Origin: Dehalococcoidia bacterium
Lineage (GTDB): Bacteria; Chloroflexota; Dehalococcoidia; Bin125
Assembly: GCA_963555985.3 (NCBI GenBank)
Contig: OY820591.1
Span: 512,001-576,000, forward strand
DNA: 64,000 bases
Direction: 5' to 3'
The notes under the pieces were generated by a model. That model was not told where the DNA came from, made no database searches, and saw only the letters and a list, made by a program, of their open reading frames with translations. The position numbers and the translations under genes were made by a program. Within the stretch, counting starts at the first letter, position 1, and every line of letters starts with the position of its first letter. Shown here piece by piece: positions 45,269 through 54,912 of the stretch.

Positions 45269-46824
45269 CAGCCGCCCCTCGGTCGCGCCCAGGGGCTGGA
45301 CGGCTGCGCCGGCGCGGCGGCCGCGCGACCGTTGCCCGCCGCCGCAGCCTCGGCTGCCCCGGCAACGCCGTTGCTCGAACCGGGATCACTCAACTCTTCC
45401 GGTTCTTCGCCGCTCACAAAGACCGGCATCTCCACATCCTCACCCGTCGCTTCCAGCCGCGGCCGGGCCTCGCCCCAGAGCCGATCCGAGCGCGCCCAGG
45501 GACCAGCCTCCCCAATCCGCTCGTAATGCAAGCCCTCCAGCGCGCGGCGGATGTCATGTACCGGCGAACCGGCGACGGTGGCAGGCGGATCGTCGATGCC
45601 GACGTAGATGATGCCGATCTCGAGTCCGTGCCGCTTGAGCCGATGGAGCGAGGCTTCGAGTCCGGGCGTAACGACGGCGGTGACGAGCGCGAGCGTGGAG
45701 CCGAAGGGGATGCGCTCCTCGGTCAGCATCCGGTCGATCCGCACCAGGGTGAAGACGTCCGCCATCGCCAACGCTTCGAGGATGCGCGTCATCTGTCCGG
45801 GCGCGCGCGAGGGCGCGACGCGGATCGCGGTGTCGTGTCCGGGCCAGGTGCAGTTAGCCAGCAGTCCGACCGGCACGCGCTGCTCGGAATAGGCGTTGGC
45901 GAGCGAGGCGGCGACGGAGACGGCGCGCTCGAAGATGTCGCCGAAGAATCCCTGCCAGGCGTGGGGCAGAGTGGAGACGTTGAGCGCCACAATTGCCACC
46001 AGATCGCTGGAGGGGTCGTAGACGCGGCTTTGCAGGCTCTGTCGGCGCGCGGTCGCTTTCCAGTCCACGCGCTTGAGCGGATCGCCGGGGCGGTAGTCGC
46101 GGATCGTCTTCAGGCGAGTTGGGTCTTCGAAGAGTTGCTGTCCGCCGCGCCGCTCGCCCTGGGGCCGCAGCTGGGGCAGGCTCAGCTGTTCCAGCGGGAT
46201 CACTTCCGGGTAGATCCAGAGCGTGTTCTCAGCCTCATCCGTGCGTTCGCGCCGATACACGCCAAGCATGTCGCCCGACTTCAGGCCGATCCGGGGCAAG
46301 TGGTAGTAGCCGCGGGTTCGCAGCGGAATCTGATAGCGCCAGGTCAGGCGCTCGTACCAGCGCAGCGCGGTGGTGCGGACGATCACACCCTCGGTCGGCT
46401 CGGCTTCGTGCTGTCTGCTGAAGGCGGCGTTGGCTGGTTCGAGGACTTCGGGCAGGTTGATTCGTACTTGCAATGCAGTCAGCGGCAGCAACTTGCGGTT
46501 CTCGATCCGCAATGCGATCTCGAGCATCTCACCGACGAAGGCGTGAGTCTGCGACAGCTTGGCGCTGGTGTAGAGGCGTTCGAGTGAGTAGCGAGTCCAG
46601 GCCCAGGCGGCCCAACCGGAGACCAGGACGGTCGCGGCAATCAGACTGACCACGATCTCGCCAACGGCGACGCCGACGACGACGATCACGACGGCAACGA
46701 ACGGCCAGATGGCGCGGATGAAGCGGTTGTTGTGCTGAAACGCAAAGATGCCACTGGTCAGCCGCTCGCGTTGGCGGTCGGCCATGTCATCGACTTGGGC
46801 TTCGAGTAGCGGTCCGCCCAGCAT
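45268..46824 (-). CDS. DUF58-domain protein
   Basis: RGYY...GDMLG...IYP, IRDYRPGDPLKRVDWKATAR, FERAVSVAASL. Confidence 0.9.
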   Translation of the reverse strand: MLGGPLLEAQVDDMADRQRERLTSGIFAFQHNNRFIRAIWPFVAVVIVVVGVAVGEIVVSLIAATVLVSGWAAWAWTRYSLERLYTSAKLSQTHAFVGEMLEIALRIENRKLLPLTALQVRINLPEVLEPANAAFSRQHEAEPTEGVIVRTTALRWYERLTWRYQIPLRTRGYYHLPRIGLKSGDMLGVYRRERTDEAENTLWIYPEVIPLEQLSLPQLRPQGERRGGQQLFEDPTRLKTIRDYRPGDPLKRVDWKATARRQSLQSRVYDPSSDLVAIVALNVSTLPHAWQGFFGDIFERAVSVAASLANAYSEQRVPVGLLANCTWPGHDTAIRVAPSRAPGQMTRILEALAMADVFTLVRIDRMLTEERIPFGSTLALVTAVVTPGLEASLHRLKRHGLEIGIIYVGIDDPPATVAGSPVHDIRRALEGLHYERIGEAGPWARSDRLWGEARPRLEATGEDVEMPVFVSGEEPEELSDPGSSNGVAGAAEAAAAGNGRAAAAPAQPSSPWARPRGG

Positions 46825-46857
46825 CGCCTTCGTCTCGTTCGTTGCGCTGTGTCTGGG

Positions 46858-47790
46858 CTAGTTGACCGCCGCCTCAATCGGGACGGGAATCTTGTTCAGC
46901 ATCTGCTCCAAGAGGGAGTCAGTCGTGGACGAGCGCAGCCGCGCATCGGCTGAGAGCGTGATCCGGTGAGGCAGCACCACCCGCGCCATTTCCTGCACAT
47001 CGTCGGGCAGTACGTAGTCGCGTCCACGAATCGCGGCCAGCGCCCGCGTCGTGCGCATCAGCGCCAGCGACGCACGCGGCGACGCGCCCAACTCAAATGC
47101 AGGTTCCTGACGGGAAGCCTGCACGATCGAGACGATGTAGCCGCGCACGGTCTCTGCGACACGGACTTGTTCGACGGATTTCGTCATCGCTCGCAGTTGC
47201 TCCGATTCGACGACCGGTTCCAACTCCTCCAGCGGTTGAGCGCGCTCGAAACGTTGGAGGATCGCATCTTCTTCGGTCGCGTCCGGGTAGCCCATACGCA
47301 AACGCAGCAGGAAGCGGTCGAGTTGGGCTTCAGGCAGGGGAAAGGTGCCTTCGAGTTCGACCGGGTTCTGGGTGGCGATCACGAGGAAGGGGCGGGGCAT
47401 CGCCATCGTCTCGCCTTCAACCGTGAGTTGACGTTCCTCCATCGCTTCGAGCAACGCGGCTTGGGTGCGGGGCGAGGCGCGGTTGATCTCGTCCGCCAGC
47501 ACCAACTGCGCCAGCAGCGGACCGGCGCGGAATTCGAATTCACTCGTCTTCTGGTTGTAGATGTTGACTCCGGTCACATCGGAGGGGAGTAGATCAGGGG
47601 TGAACTGGATGCGCCGGAAGGAGCAGCCAATCGAGCGTGCGAACGACTTCGCCAGCATCGTCTTGCCCAAGCCGGGCACGTCGTCCAACAGGATGTGACC
47701 CTCCGAGAGGATCGCCGCAAGGGTGTAGTCGAGTACCTGCTCGCGGCCCACGATCACGCGGCCGACGTTGCTGCGCACCTGCTCCGCCAT
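46858..47790 (-). CDS. moxR: MoxR-family AAA+ ATPase
   Basis: DVPGLGKT, RIQFTPDLLPSD, LADEINR, ATQNP, LPEAQLDRF, GASPR; may start at ATC 47850. Confidence 0.95.
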   Translation of the reverse strand: MAEQVRSNVGRVIVGREQVLDYTLAAILSEGHILLDDVPGLGKTMLAKSFARSIGCSFRRIQFTPDLLPSDVTGVNIYNQKTSEFEFRAGPLLAQLVLADEINRASPRTQAALLEAMEERQLTVEGETMAMPRPFLVIATQNPVELEGTFPLPEAQLDRFLLRLRMGYPDATEEDAILQRFERAQPLEELEPVVESEQLRAMTKSVEQVRVAETVRGYIVSIVQASRQEPAFELGASPRASLALMRTTRALAAIRGRDYVLPDDVQEMARVVLPHRITLSADARLRSSTTDSLLEQMLNKIPVPIEAAVN

Positions 47791-48005
47791 TGCCGCCACT
47801 TCCGAGAGCGGCGGCGCGGTCTGGTACGTCCGATCTCTGAGGGTCGTGATGGCGCACCTCCCCGATGCCGAACGCGCCCAAGGCCGACTGCGGACGCGGG
47901 CGAAGCCACAGATTGCAGGCAGGCTATCAGCCGTCCGTTGATTACCCTTCCTGCGTGCAAGCAAGGCCGCGCCCCGCCGGCGCGGCGCTCAGAAGGGGAG
48001 CGGAT

Positions 48006-49271
48006 ATGCGCGCGGAAATCATCTCAATCGGCACTGAGATCCTGATGGGCGAGATCCTGGACACGAACGCCCGCTACATGGCGCAGCGTCTGCCGGCGAT
48101 GGGGATCGATCTGTACTACATGCATCAGATCGGCGATAACCAGGAGCGGCTGGTCGAACTGATCAACACGGCGCGGCGGCGGTCGGATGTGGTCTTGCTG
48201 ACGGGCGGCCTGGGGCCGACCGAAGACGACATCACGCGTGATGCGATTGCAGAGTCGGTCGATGAGCAGGCATACGTAGTGCCGCAGCTGGAACGGCATC
48301 TGCGCAATTTCTTCGAGGGTCGCGGCGGACGGATGCCGGAGCAGAACATCAAGCAGGCGACGATCATTCCGTCGGGCGAGTCGCTGCCGAATCCGCGCGG
48401 GACTGCGCCCGGCTGGTGGGTGGACAAGGGCGGGACGATCGTTGTGGCGATGCCCGGTCCGCCGGCTGAGATGACGGGCATGTGGGAGAACGAGGTCGCG
48501 CCGCGGCTCAAGCGTCGCAGCGGGAACGAAGTACTGATCTCGCGGACGCTGAAGACGACCGGTCTGGGCGAGTCGATGCTGGACGAGTTGCTGGGTGATC
48601 TGCGGCAGTCGCCGGATCCGACCGTGGGGGTCTATCACAAGTTCGACGGGGTTCACGTGCGGATGGCCTCAAAAGCGCGCTCGGAGGAGATCGCGCGTGA
48701 GCGGATTGGGCCAATGGAGGCGCAGATCCGAACGATGCTCGGCGATGCGGTCTGGGGCGCGGACGAGGACACGTTCCAGGAGGCGGTGGGCGGATTGTTG
48801 AAGGATCGGAAGCTCTCGATTGCGGTGATGGAGTCGTGCACGGGCGGTCTGCTGGCGAGCACGATTACCGATGTGCCCGGCGCGAGCAGCTATTTTCGCG
48901 GCGGTCTGGTCTCGTACACGGCGGAGGCGAAGATTCAGTACGGCGTGGATGGGGGTGTGATCGAGGAGTTTGGCGTGGTCTCGAACGAGACTGCGGCTGC
49001 GATGGCCGGGGCGGTGCGACGGCAGTTCGATTCGGATATCGGGGTGGGGATTACGGGCGTGGCGGGTCCGGAGCCGCATGGCGGACAGCCGGTTGGGGCG
49101 GTCTGTCTGGCGGTTGAGACGCCGCTGGAGAGTTACGCGACGGGCTATACCTTCGCGCAGACGCGGGCGGCGATTAAGGCACGGGCGGTGACGTCGGCGC
49201 TGACGCTGGTGCGACGGGCGGCGCTGGGGGAGTTGATGACGGGCTCGTCGGGGGTCTATCGGCGGCTGTAG
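48006..49271 (+). CDS. cinA: Competence/damage-inducible protein CinA (MocF plus PncC domains)
   Basis: AEIISIGTEIL, TGGLGPTEDDIT, GTAPG, MPGPP, ESCTGG, GITGVAGP. Confidence 0.95.
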   Translation: MRAEIISIGTEILMGEILDTNARYMAQRLPAMGIDLYYMHQIGDNQERLVELINTARRRSDVVLLTGGLGPTEDDITRDAIAESVDEQAYVVPQLERHLRNFFEGRGGRMPEQNIKQATIIPSGESLPNPRGTAPGWWVDKGGTIVVAMPGPPAEMTGMWENEVAPRLKRRSGNEVLISRTLKTTGLGESMLDELLGDLRQSPDPTVGVYHKFDGVHVRMASKARSEEIARERIGPMEAQIRTMLGDAVWGADEDTFQEAVGGLLKDRKLSIAVMESCTGGLLASTITDVPGASSYFRGGLVSYTAEAKIQYGVDGGVIEEFGVVSNETAAAMAGAVRRQFDSDIGVGITGVAGPEPHGGQPVGAVCLAVETPLESYATGYTFAQTRAAIKARAVTSALTLVRRAALGELMTGSSGVYRRL

Positions 49272-49288
49272 TGGGAGGGCGTCTAGGG

Positions 49289-49783
49289 ATGACTTCGACT
49301 GCCGAACCTGCTCACGACGAGCACCCGCCGGGCGGCGAAGCGAGCCTGGAGGTCGCGGCTTGGCATCTGCAAGCGTTGCTCGCTGCGATCAGCGGCTTTG
49401 ACGGCAAGATCATGTTCCTGACGGCGCTCAATGTGGCGGGGATCAGTGCGTTGATTGGGGTGGCGGTGACATCCGATCCATCCACGTGGCTTCTTGCACT
49501 CGGACTCGGCATTTCGGGTATCTGTGTGATGCTCGGATTGAGCATGCTTTGGGCCCGGAATGTGCAGCAATTCCCAACACCAGAAGACGCGCTGCGCTTC
49601 GCCAAGGAGGTCGAGATGGGCAGGGACGATCTCGCCTGGCGACACTTCATCGCGCTACAGCAGGCTGTGAAGCAGGCCGACGAGACGCTTCGCTGGCGAA
49701 GTCTGGCCACGCGCACTCTGCTGGTTGCGACCCCGATTGCATTGTCGGTGGTGGTTGCTGCGGCACTCACTGCGGCGCGTTGA
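49289..49783 (+). CDS. Hypothetical 3-TM membrane protein
   Basis: ISGFDGKIMFL, two TMs, a helical linker and a C-terminal TM; AT-richer than its neighbours. Confidence 0.65.
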   Translation: MTSTAEPAHDEHPPGGEASLEVAAWHLQALLAAISGFDGKIMFLTALNVAGISALIGVAVTSDPSTWLLALGLGISGICVMLGLSMLWARNVQQFPTPEDALRFAKEVEMGRDDLAWRHFIALQQAVKQADETLRWRSLATRTLLVATPIALSVVVAAALTAAR

Positions 49784-49943
49784 CCGCTCAGATGATCGTG
49801 CGACCCGGCTTGGGATGGGGCGGCAGCTTTGCGGCCTCTTCCTCCCATCGTCGACGCGTCTTGCTCGTTGGGCGTCCAAATAGGAACCACAGGGTTAGCT
49901 CGAATGCGTTCTTTAGCCAAGCGCTCATCTTGGTCTCCTGAGT

Positions 49944-50984
49944 TCAGGATAGCCGGATCGTGAGCAGGCCGTCGGACTCGAATTCGACGGCTTCGCCTCT
50001 GGCGACGAGGGCGTCGATGTGGCCGATGACCTCGGCGAGGGCTTGCCAGAGGCGGCGGTCGGGGAGGCGCTTGAAGAGGGTGATCAGGAGCGTGTAGGGG
50101 GTGGCGGGGCCTTCTTCGAGGATGTCTCGGAGCTGGGACTGGCGGCGCTGGTGGTGGCGGCGGGTGCGGTCGATTTCGGGTTGGATGGCGTTGGTGTGTT
50201 CGCCGTGGCCGGGGTAGAGATATGACGCATTGAGGGCGTCGACCTTCGCCAAGGAGTCGGCGAAGGCGGGGAGGCTGCGGAAGCGTGAGGGCGGATCGGT
50301 GGAGAGGTCCCAGTGCCAGCCCGGGTTGGAGTTGACGCCGGGGATGAGTTGGTCGCCGCTGAAGAGGGCTCCGGTCTCGGGCTCGAAGCAGACGGCGTTG
50401 CCGGGGGTATGGCCGGGGGCTGCGAGGAGGGCCAGGGTGCGTCCGCCGACGGTGATCTCTGCGCCGTCGGGGAGGGGATCATCGGGGCGGAAGGGGGTGC
50501 CGCGAATGAGACCGGGCCAGCGCTCGCGGCGACGGCCGCCGCCGGTGAAATCCCCGGCGCGGAAGGCTTGTCTCATGCGTTCACGGTCTTCGATGAAGCC
50601 AGTGATGCGTTCTTCGGGGACGCCGACATTGCGCCAGGTTTGGAAGACGTATTGGGTTTGGTAGCCGATGATGTTGCGTCCGTGCAGGAATTGGGGGGAT
50701 TCTGCTTCCCACGCGGCGACTCGGACGCCTTGGTCCTGCCAGCGGTGAGCGAGACCGCAGTGGTCAATGTGGGCGTGAGTGATGACGACCGTGCGCACAT
50801 CGCGGATGTCGAGGCCGGCGGCGTCGAGTTGGGCGGCGAGGGCGTCCCAAGCGCCGTCGTAGTCGGGGCCGGCGTCGACCAGGATGATGCCGTCGTCGGT
50901 GGGGAGGGCGTAGGCCCAGTTGTCGCTGAGGGCGATCGGCAGGACACCGTGTTCGGTGAGCATGGACGATCCGGCTTGGGTCAC
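49944..50984 (-). CDS. MBL-fold metallo-hydrolase with C-terminal wHTH
   Basis: ILVDAG, THAHIDHCG, PGHTPG, FSGD, YPGHG; GTG 50984 follows aggag. Confidence 0.9.
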   Translation of the reverse strand: MTQAGSSMLTEHGVLPIALSDNWAYALPTDDGIILVDAGPDYDGAWDALAAQLDAAGLDIRDVRTVVITHAHIDHCGLAHRWQDQGVRVAAWEAESPQFLHGRNIIGYQTQYVFQTWRNVGVPEERITGFIEDRERMRQAFRAGDFTGGGRRRERWPGLIRGTPFRPDDPLPDGAEITVGGRTLALLAAPGHTPGNAVCFEPETGALFSGDQLIPGVNSNPGWHWDLSTDPPSRFRSLPAFADSLAKVDALNASYLYPGHGEHTNAIQPEIDRTRRHHQRRQSQLRDILEEGPATPYTLLITLFKRLPDRRLWQALAEVIGHIDALVARGEAVEFESDGLLTIRLS

Positions 50985-51057
50985 GCGGCGGTTCTCCTGT
51001 TGGAGGGGCAAGCTGGCTTACGGTAGCGCAGGTCAGGAATTTCTGAGGGCACAGGGT

Positions 51058-51391
51058 GAATTTGCGGCTGTGGGCGGGAAATTGGGCGGCAGGTAGTCCG
51101 GATTTGTCCAGATTTGGCTAGATTTTGCCGGATTACGGGGATGTTTGGAGTGGAATAGGGGGTGCGATTCCGGGTTTGTCTTGGTTTGTCCAGATGGGTT
51201 ACGGCGGTCATGGCGGGCTCTGTTGGCTGGTGACATGTGGTTGTGTGCGGGCAATGATATGCGGACGGGCGTTCGGTGGCGGGGTTGAGGTCGGCGCGGT
51301 GTTGCAGAGGCGACAGTTGGGTTGGGAGGCGGGTCGGACCCCCCTCTGTCACTTCGTGACATCTCCTCCCGCAGTGCGGGGGGAGAGGGGG
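51058..51391 (-). repeat. ~330-bp non-coding element, copy 2 (inverted relative to 43420-43748)
   Basis: Shares the identical blocks listed for copy 1, in reverse complement. Confidence 0.9.
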
Positions 51392-51410
51392 AGTTGCGTG
51401 TCGGTCTCTG

Positions 51411-52154
51411 CTAGTCGGAGTGCAAGTAGGGGCATCCTGCTTGATCTTGACTCAGGACGGCGATTGTGGTGCTGACGTCGATTTCTGCGGCGTATTTGAG
51501 GTCTTGGTGGAAGCCGAGGTCTTGGAGGCGGCGGGCGTGGGGGGAGTCGGCGAAGGCGGTGGCGGGATTGCGGTCGTAGGCGTCGTAGAGCTTGAGGGCG
51601 AGTCTGGCTCCGCCTTGCAGGGCTAGGTGGGGTGCGGCTTGATGAATGGCGTCTACGTACGCGCCGGCTGCGAAGGCGTCCTCGACCGACGGGGCGCTGC
51701 CGCCGTGATCGCCGCTGCATACGATTGCGATCCGATCCGTTGCTTGCGCCAGCGTGCGTTCGACTGCGGCGGCGCGGTTGCGCAGGCAGGCGGAGAGGGC
51801 TTGGGCAGCCTGAGCGGCCCCGAGCAGGGCGCGGGTGCCGTTGCTGGTGACGTGGACGACTTTCCAGTCGCGGACGTCGAGTGCTGCGAACTCTGTCGCC
51901 GAGTTGCCGTAATCGGCTTGGGGGGGCGGGAGCGCGTTGATCTCGCCGATCAGTTTGGCGTCTCCGAGTTTGGTCCGGAGCGCGATTCCCGCTGCGAAAT
52001 CGGCGACGGGGTAGATGCGTTGCGCTCCACCAGCGATCAGGGCGTCGTGGACAGTGGTGGCGCGGAGGATGTCGAGCACGATTACGGTCGCGCCCGCGAG
52101 TAGGTCGGGGGCTGGCGGGGTGATGTGGACCTTGATCGCGGTTTGGGTGGTCAC
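51411..52154 (-). CDS. comB: 2-phosphosulfolactate phosphatase family
   Basis: VLDILRATT, IGE, DYGNS, TSNGT, EDAFAAG. Confidence 0.88.
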   Translation of the reverse strand: MTTQTAIKVHITPPAPDLLAGATVIVLDILRATTVHDALIAGGAQRIYPVADFAAGIALRTKLGDAKLIGEINALPPPQADYGNSATEFAALDVRDWKVVHVTSNGTRALLGAAQAAQALSACLRNRAAAVERTLAQATDRIAIVCSGDHGGSAPSVEDAFAAGAYVDAIHQAAPHLALQGGARLALKLYDAYDRNPATAFADSPHARRLQDLGFHQDLKYAAEIDVSTTIAVLSQDQAGCPYLHSD

Positions 52155-52189
52155 GGGTTCAGGATATTGGAGAGGGCTGGGGGGTTCTC

Positions 52190-52626
52190 AGGCCCTCTGC
52201 TCCTTGGGGCATCTCCTTCCCCGCCTGCGGAGGCCTTTGCGAAAGTCCATCCCTGTGCATTGGAGCTTGGGGGAGCGGATCGCGGATGCAAAGTCAGCGG
52301 TACGACCAGATCTGGAAGCAGCTTCAGACTTGAGAGGTTCGAGATTCCCGCCTGCGCGGGAATGACGGAAATGGGGATCTTGCACAGGCCTTCCTGTGCG
52401 GGGACAGGCTCTCAAGGGGGAGATTGATCGTGGGCGGGTTGAGGGCTTGCCCCTTGTACCTATGGCATTTCCCTCCTCGCTTGCGCGGAGACTGGCTCTC
52501 AAAGAGGCGATCAATCGCGAGTTGGGCATCGGTCTGTTGGGGGGAGTGATCGCGAGTGACTGAGAGGACTGCGAGGCGTCTCACCCCCTCTGCCCCGTTG
52601 GGGCATCTCCCCCTCAAGGGGGAGAT
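52190..52626. repeat. Cluster of degenerate REP-like hairpins (family A and B fragments)
   Basis: gagattcccgcctgcgcgggaatgacgg at 52341-52368; gcggggacaggctctcaagggggagatt near 52398-52425; caccccctctgccccgttggggcatctccccctcaagggggagat at 52583-52626. Confidence 0.75.
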
Positions 52627-52689
52627 CAAACGTGAGTTACGCATTGGTCTCTTTTGGGGTTGGGCGGTGTTGGGGTCTACGATGGGGGC

Positions 52690-53502
52690 ATGGATTTTAG
52701 GGATCGGGTCGGGGCGGCGATGGCGGCGGCGGGTTCGCTGCTTTGTGTGGGGCTTGATCCGCAGCCGGCTCGGACTCCTGCTGATCGGTTGTTGGCTTTC
52801 AACACTGAGGTTGTGGAGGCGACGGCTGATGTCGTGTGCGCGTATAAGCCGCAATCGGCGTTTTATGAGGCGCAGGGAATGGCGGGTTGGCAGGCGCTTT
52901 TGGACACGATCGTGATGATTCGGCGGGTGGTGCCGGAGGCGCTGGTGATTCTCGATGCGAAGCGGGGAGATATTGGGAATTCGTCGTCGGCGTATGCGCA
53001 GGCGGCGTTCGATCATTTTGGGGTTGACGCTCTGACTGTGAGTCCGTACTTGGGCGGGGATTCGATTGCGCCTTTCCTCGAACGCCCGGAGCGGGGGGCG
53101 TTTTTGCTCTGCCGGACTTCGAATGCGGGCGGCGCGGAGCTCCAATCCGTGGCGACGGCCGGCGGCGATCCGCTCTATCTGACGGTTGCAGAGCGGATTC
53201 AGGAGTGGTCGGACGCACATCATGGCAACGCCGGGCTGGTGGTCGGCGCGACCTATCCGGAGGAGCTGGCGCGGGTGCGGGAGCGTTGTCCGACGCTGCC
53301 GATCCTGCTGCCCGGAATTGGCGCGCAGGGCGGCGATCTGGAGGCGTCCGTGTCTGCGGGCGTGGACGCATTCGGGCGGGGCTTGTTGGTGAGCGCGTCG
53401 CGCTCGGTGATCTACGCGGGCGACGCGGCGGCGATTCGGGCCGAAGCGCTCCGTCTGGCCGGGGCGATCAATCACGTGCGCGGATTTTCACGTGTCGGCT
53501 GA
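52690..53502 (+). CDS. pyrF: Orotidine-5'-phosphate decarboxylase (subfamily 2)
   Basis: LCVGLDP, YKPQSAFYE, ILDAKRGDIG, CRTSN, GLVVGAT, LLPGIGAQGG. Confidence 0.96.
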   Translation: MDFRDRVGAAMAAAGSLLCVGLDPQPARTPADRLLAFNTEVVEATADVVCAYKPQSAFYEAQGMAGWQALLDTIVMIRRVVPEALVILDAKRGDIGNSSSAYAQAAFDHFGVDALTVSPYLGGDSIAPFLERPERGAFLLCRTSNAGGAELQSVATAGGDPLYLTVAERIQEWSDAHHGNAGLVVGATYPEELARVRERCPTLPILLPGIGAQGGDLEASVSAGVDAFGRGLLVSASRSVIYAGDAAAIRAEALRLAGAINHVRGFSRVG

Positions 53503-54820
53503 GGCGGATCATTCGTCTCCGCCGGTATTGCCGTTGCTCCGCAACCGCAGTTTCCTCGCGCTCTGGATCGCCTCGGCGATCCAGTTGACGATCAATTCGG
53601 CGCTCCAGTTCGTGCTGCTGATTTGGGTGCTGGAGCAGACAGGCTCACCACTCGCTTCGACCGCGCTCGTGATCTGTCTCGCTGCGCCGCCGGTGGTGTT
53701 CGGCGCAGTGGCGGGCGTGCTGCTGGATCGGCTCGATAAACGCACCGTGCTGGTTGTGGCGGTGGTGATCCGTTCAGGGCTGACGGCGCTGCTGTTGCTG
53801 GCCGACAACGTTTCGGTGGGAGCGGTCTACGCGGTCGCGTTTCTGACCGCGACGGCGGGGCAGTTCGCCGTTCCGGCGGGGGCGGCGGCTTTGCCCGGTT
53901 TCGTGGCCAAGCAACAGTTGCTGTCGGCCAACTCCGCCTTTCAGCTGGCCACGATGTCGTCGCAGCTGATTGGTCTGGTGGCGCTCTCGCCGATCATGCT
54001 GAAGCTGTTCGGGTTCGACGCCTCGTATGTGGTCTCGGCGGCGCTGTTGCTTTCGACCGCTCCGTTGCTGTTGCTGCTGCCGCCGATTCCTCCGCAGATC
54101 AGGACGCCGCACCGGTTGGGCGAGGATCTTGGTCTGGTGCGGGCGGCGCTGACGACGACGGTGGCGGATATTCGCGCGACCGGAGCGATGATCTGGCGAG
54201 ATCGCCTGACCGCTTTGGCCTACGTTCAGCTGATCACCGGGGTGATGCTGCTGTTCATGTTTGCGGTGCTGGTGCCGCAATTCGTGCATGAGGTGTTGGG
54301 GCGGGCAGAGGAGGATGCGGTGTTCGTGTTCTGGCCGACCGGGATCGGGGCGCTGCTGGCGCTGTTGCTGGTGCCGCGTCTTGGCCGGCGCTTCAGCGTC
54401 AACATGATGGCGACGGCGGCGCTGGCGGTGATCTGCGTGGTGGTGACGATTCTGGGCGTGTTTGATTTTCTGCGCACCTCGACCGGCGGGAGCCAGGACT
54501 GGCTCTTGGTGGGCACGTTGATCATGGCGTTCCCGCTGGGGCTGGCCTATGCGGCTGTGAACGCGCCGGCGCAGACGCTGTTGCAAGAGCGTGCGCCGGC
54601 GGAGATGCGGGGGCGGCTATTTTCGACGCAGATGATGCTGGCGAATGCGGTCTCGATGCTGGCGCTGCTGGTGGTTGGCGGGGTGGCGGACGCGGCGGGC
54701 GTGCGGCAGAGTCTGTTTTTGCTGGGGGGAGTGTTGTTTCTGATTACGCTGGGCGCGCTTTGGTTGGGGCGCGACGGATCCGGGCGTCCGCCGCCGGCTG
54801 CGGAGAGCGCCGGGGGCTGA
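53492..54820 (+). CDS. MFS transporter (distinct from the seven-gene array; lacks its tail motif)
   Basis: AGVLLDRLDKR motif A; LLQERAPAEMRGRLF. Confidence 0.9.
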   Translation: MSAEADHSSPPVLPLLRNRSFLALWIASAIQLTINSALQFVLLIWVLEQTGSPLASTALVICLAAPPVVFGAVAGVLLDRLDKRTVLVVAVVIRSGLTALLLLADNVSVGAVYAVAFLTATAGQFAVPAGAAALPGFVAKQQLLSANSAFQLATMSSQLIGLVALSPIMLKLFGFDASYVVSAALLLSTAPLLLLLPPIPPQIRTPHRLGEDLGLVRAALTTTVADIRATGAMIWRDRLTALAYVQLITGVMLLFMFAVLVPQFVHEVLGRAEEDAVFVFWPTGIGALLALLLVPRLGRRFSVNMMATAALAVICVVVTILGVFDFLRTSTGGSQDWLLVGTLIMAFPLGLAYAAVNAPAQTLLQERAPAEMRGRLFSTQMMLANAVSMLALLVVGGVADAAGVRQSLFLLGGVLFLITLGALWLGRDGSGRPPPAAESAGG

Positions 54821-54912
54821 GTTTGCCGCCCCGCTCCGGCGCTGCGCTAATCTGAGCGTGAACGTCATGTCCCGCGTCTGCACGGGGCGGGTTTCGGGGA
54901 GGAGGATCGAGC

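Noticed and set aside
39703-46587. Long ORFs 39703-41748 (-), 43973-45526 (+) and 45526-46587 (+)
   Set aside because: They lie opposite well-supported genes and carry no family signatures.
40591-47790. nfeD-flotillin and moxR-DUF58-DUF4129 as novel systems
   Set aside because: Both are well-known conserved operon types.
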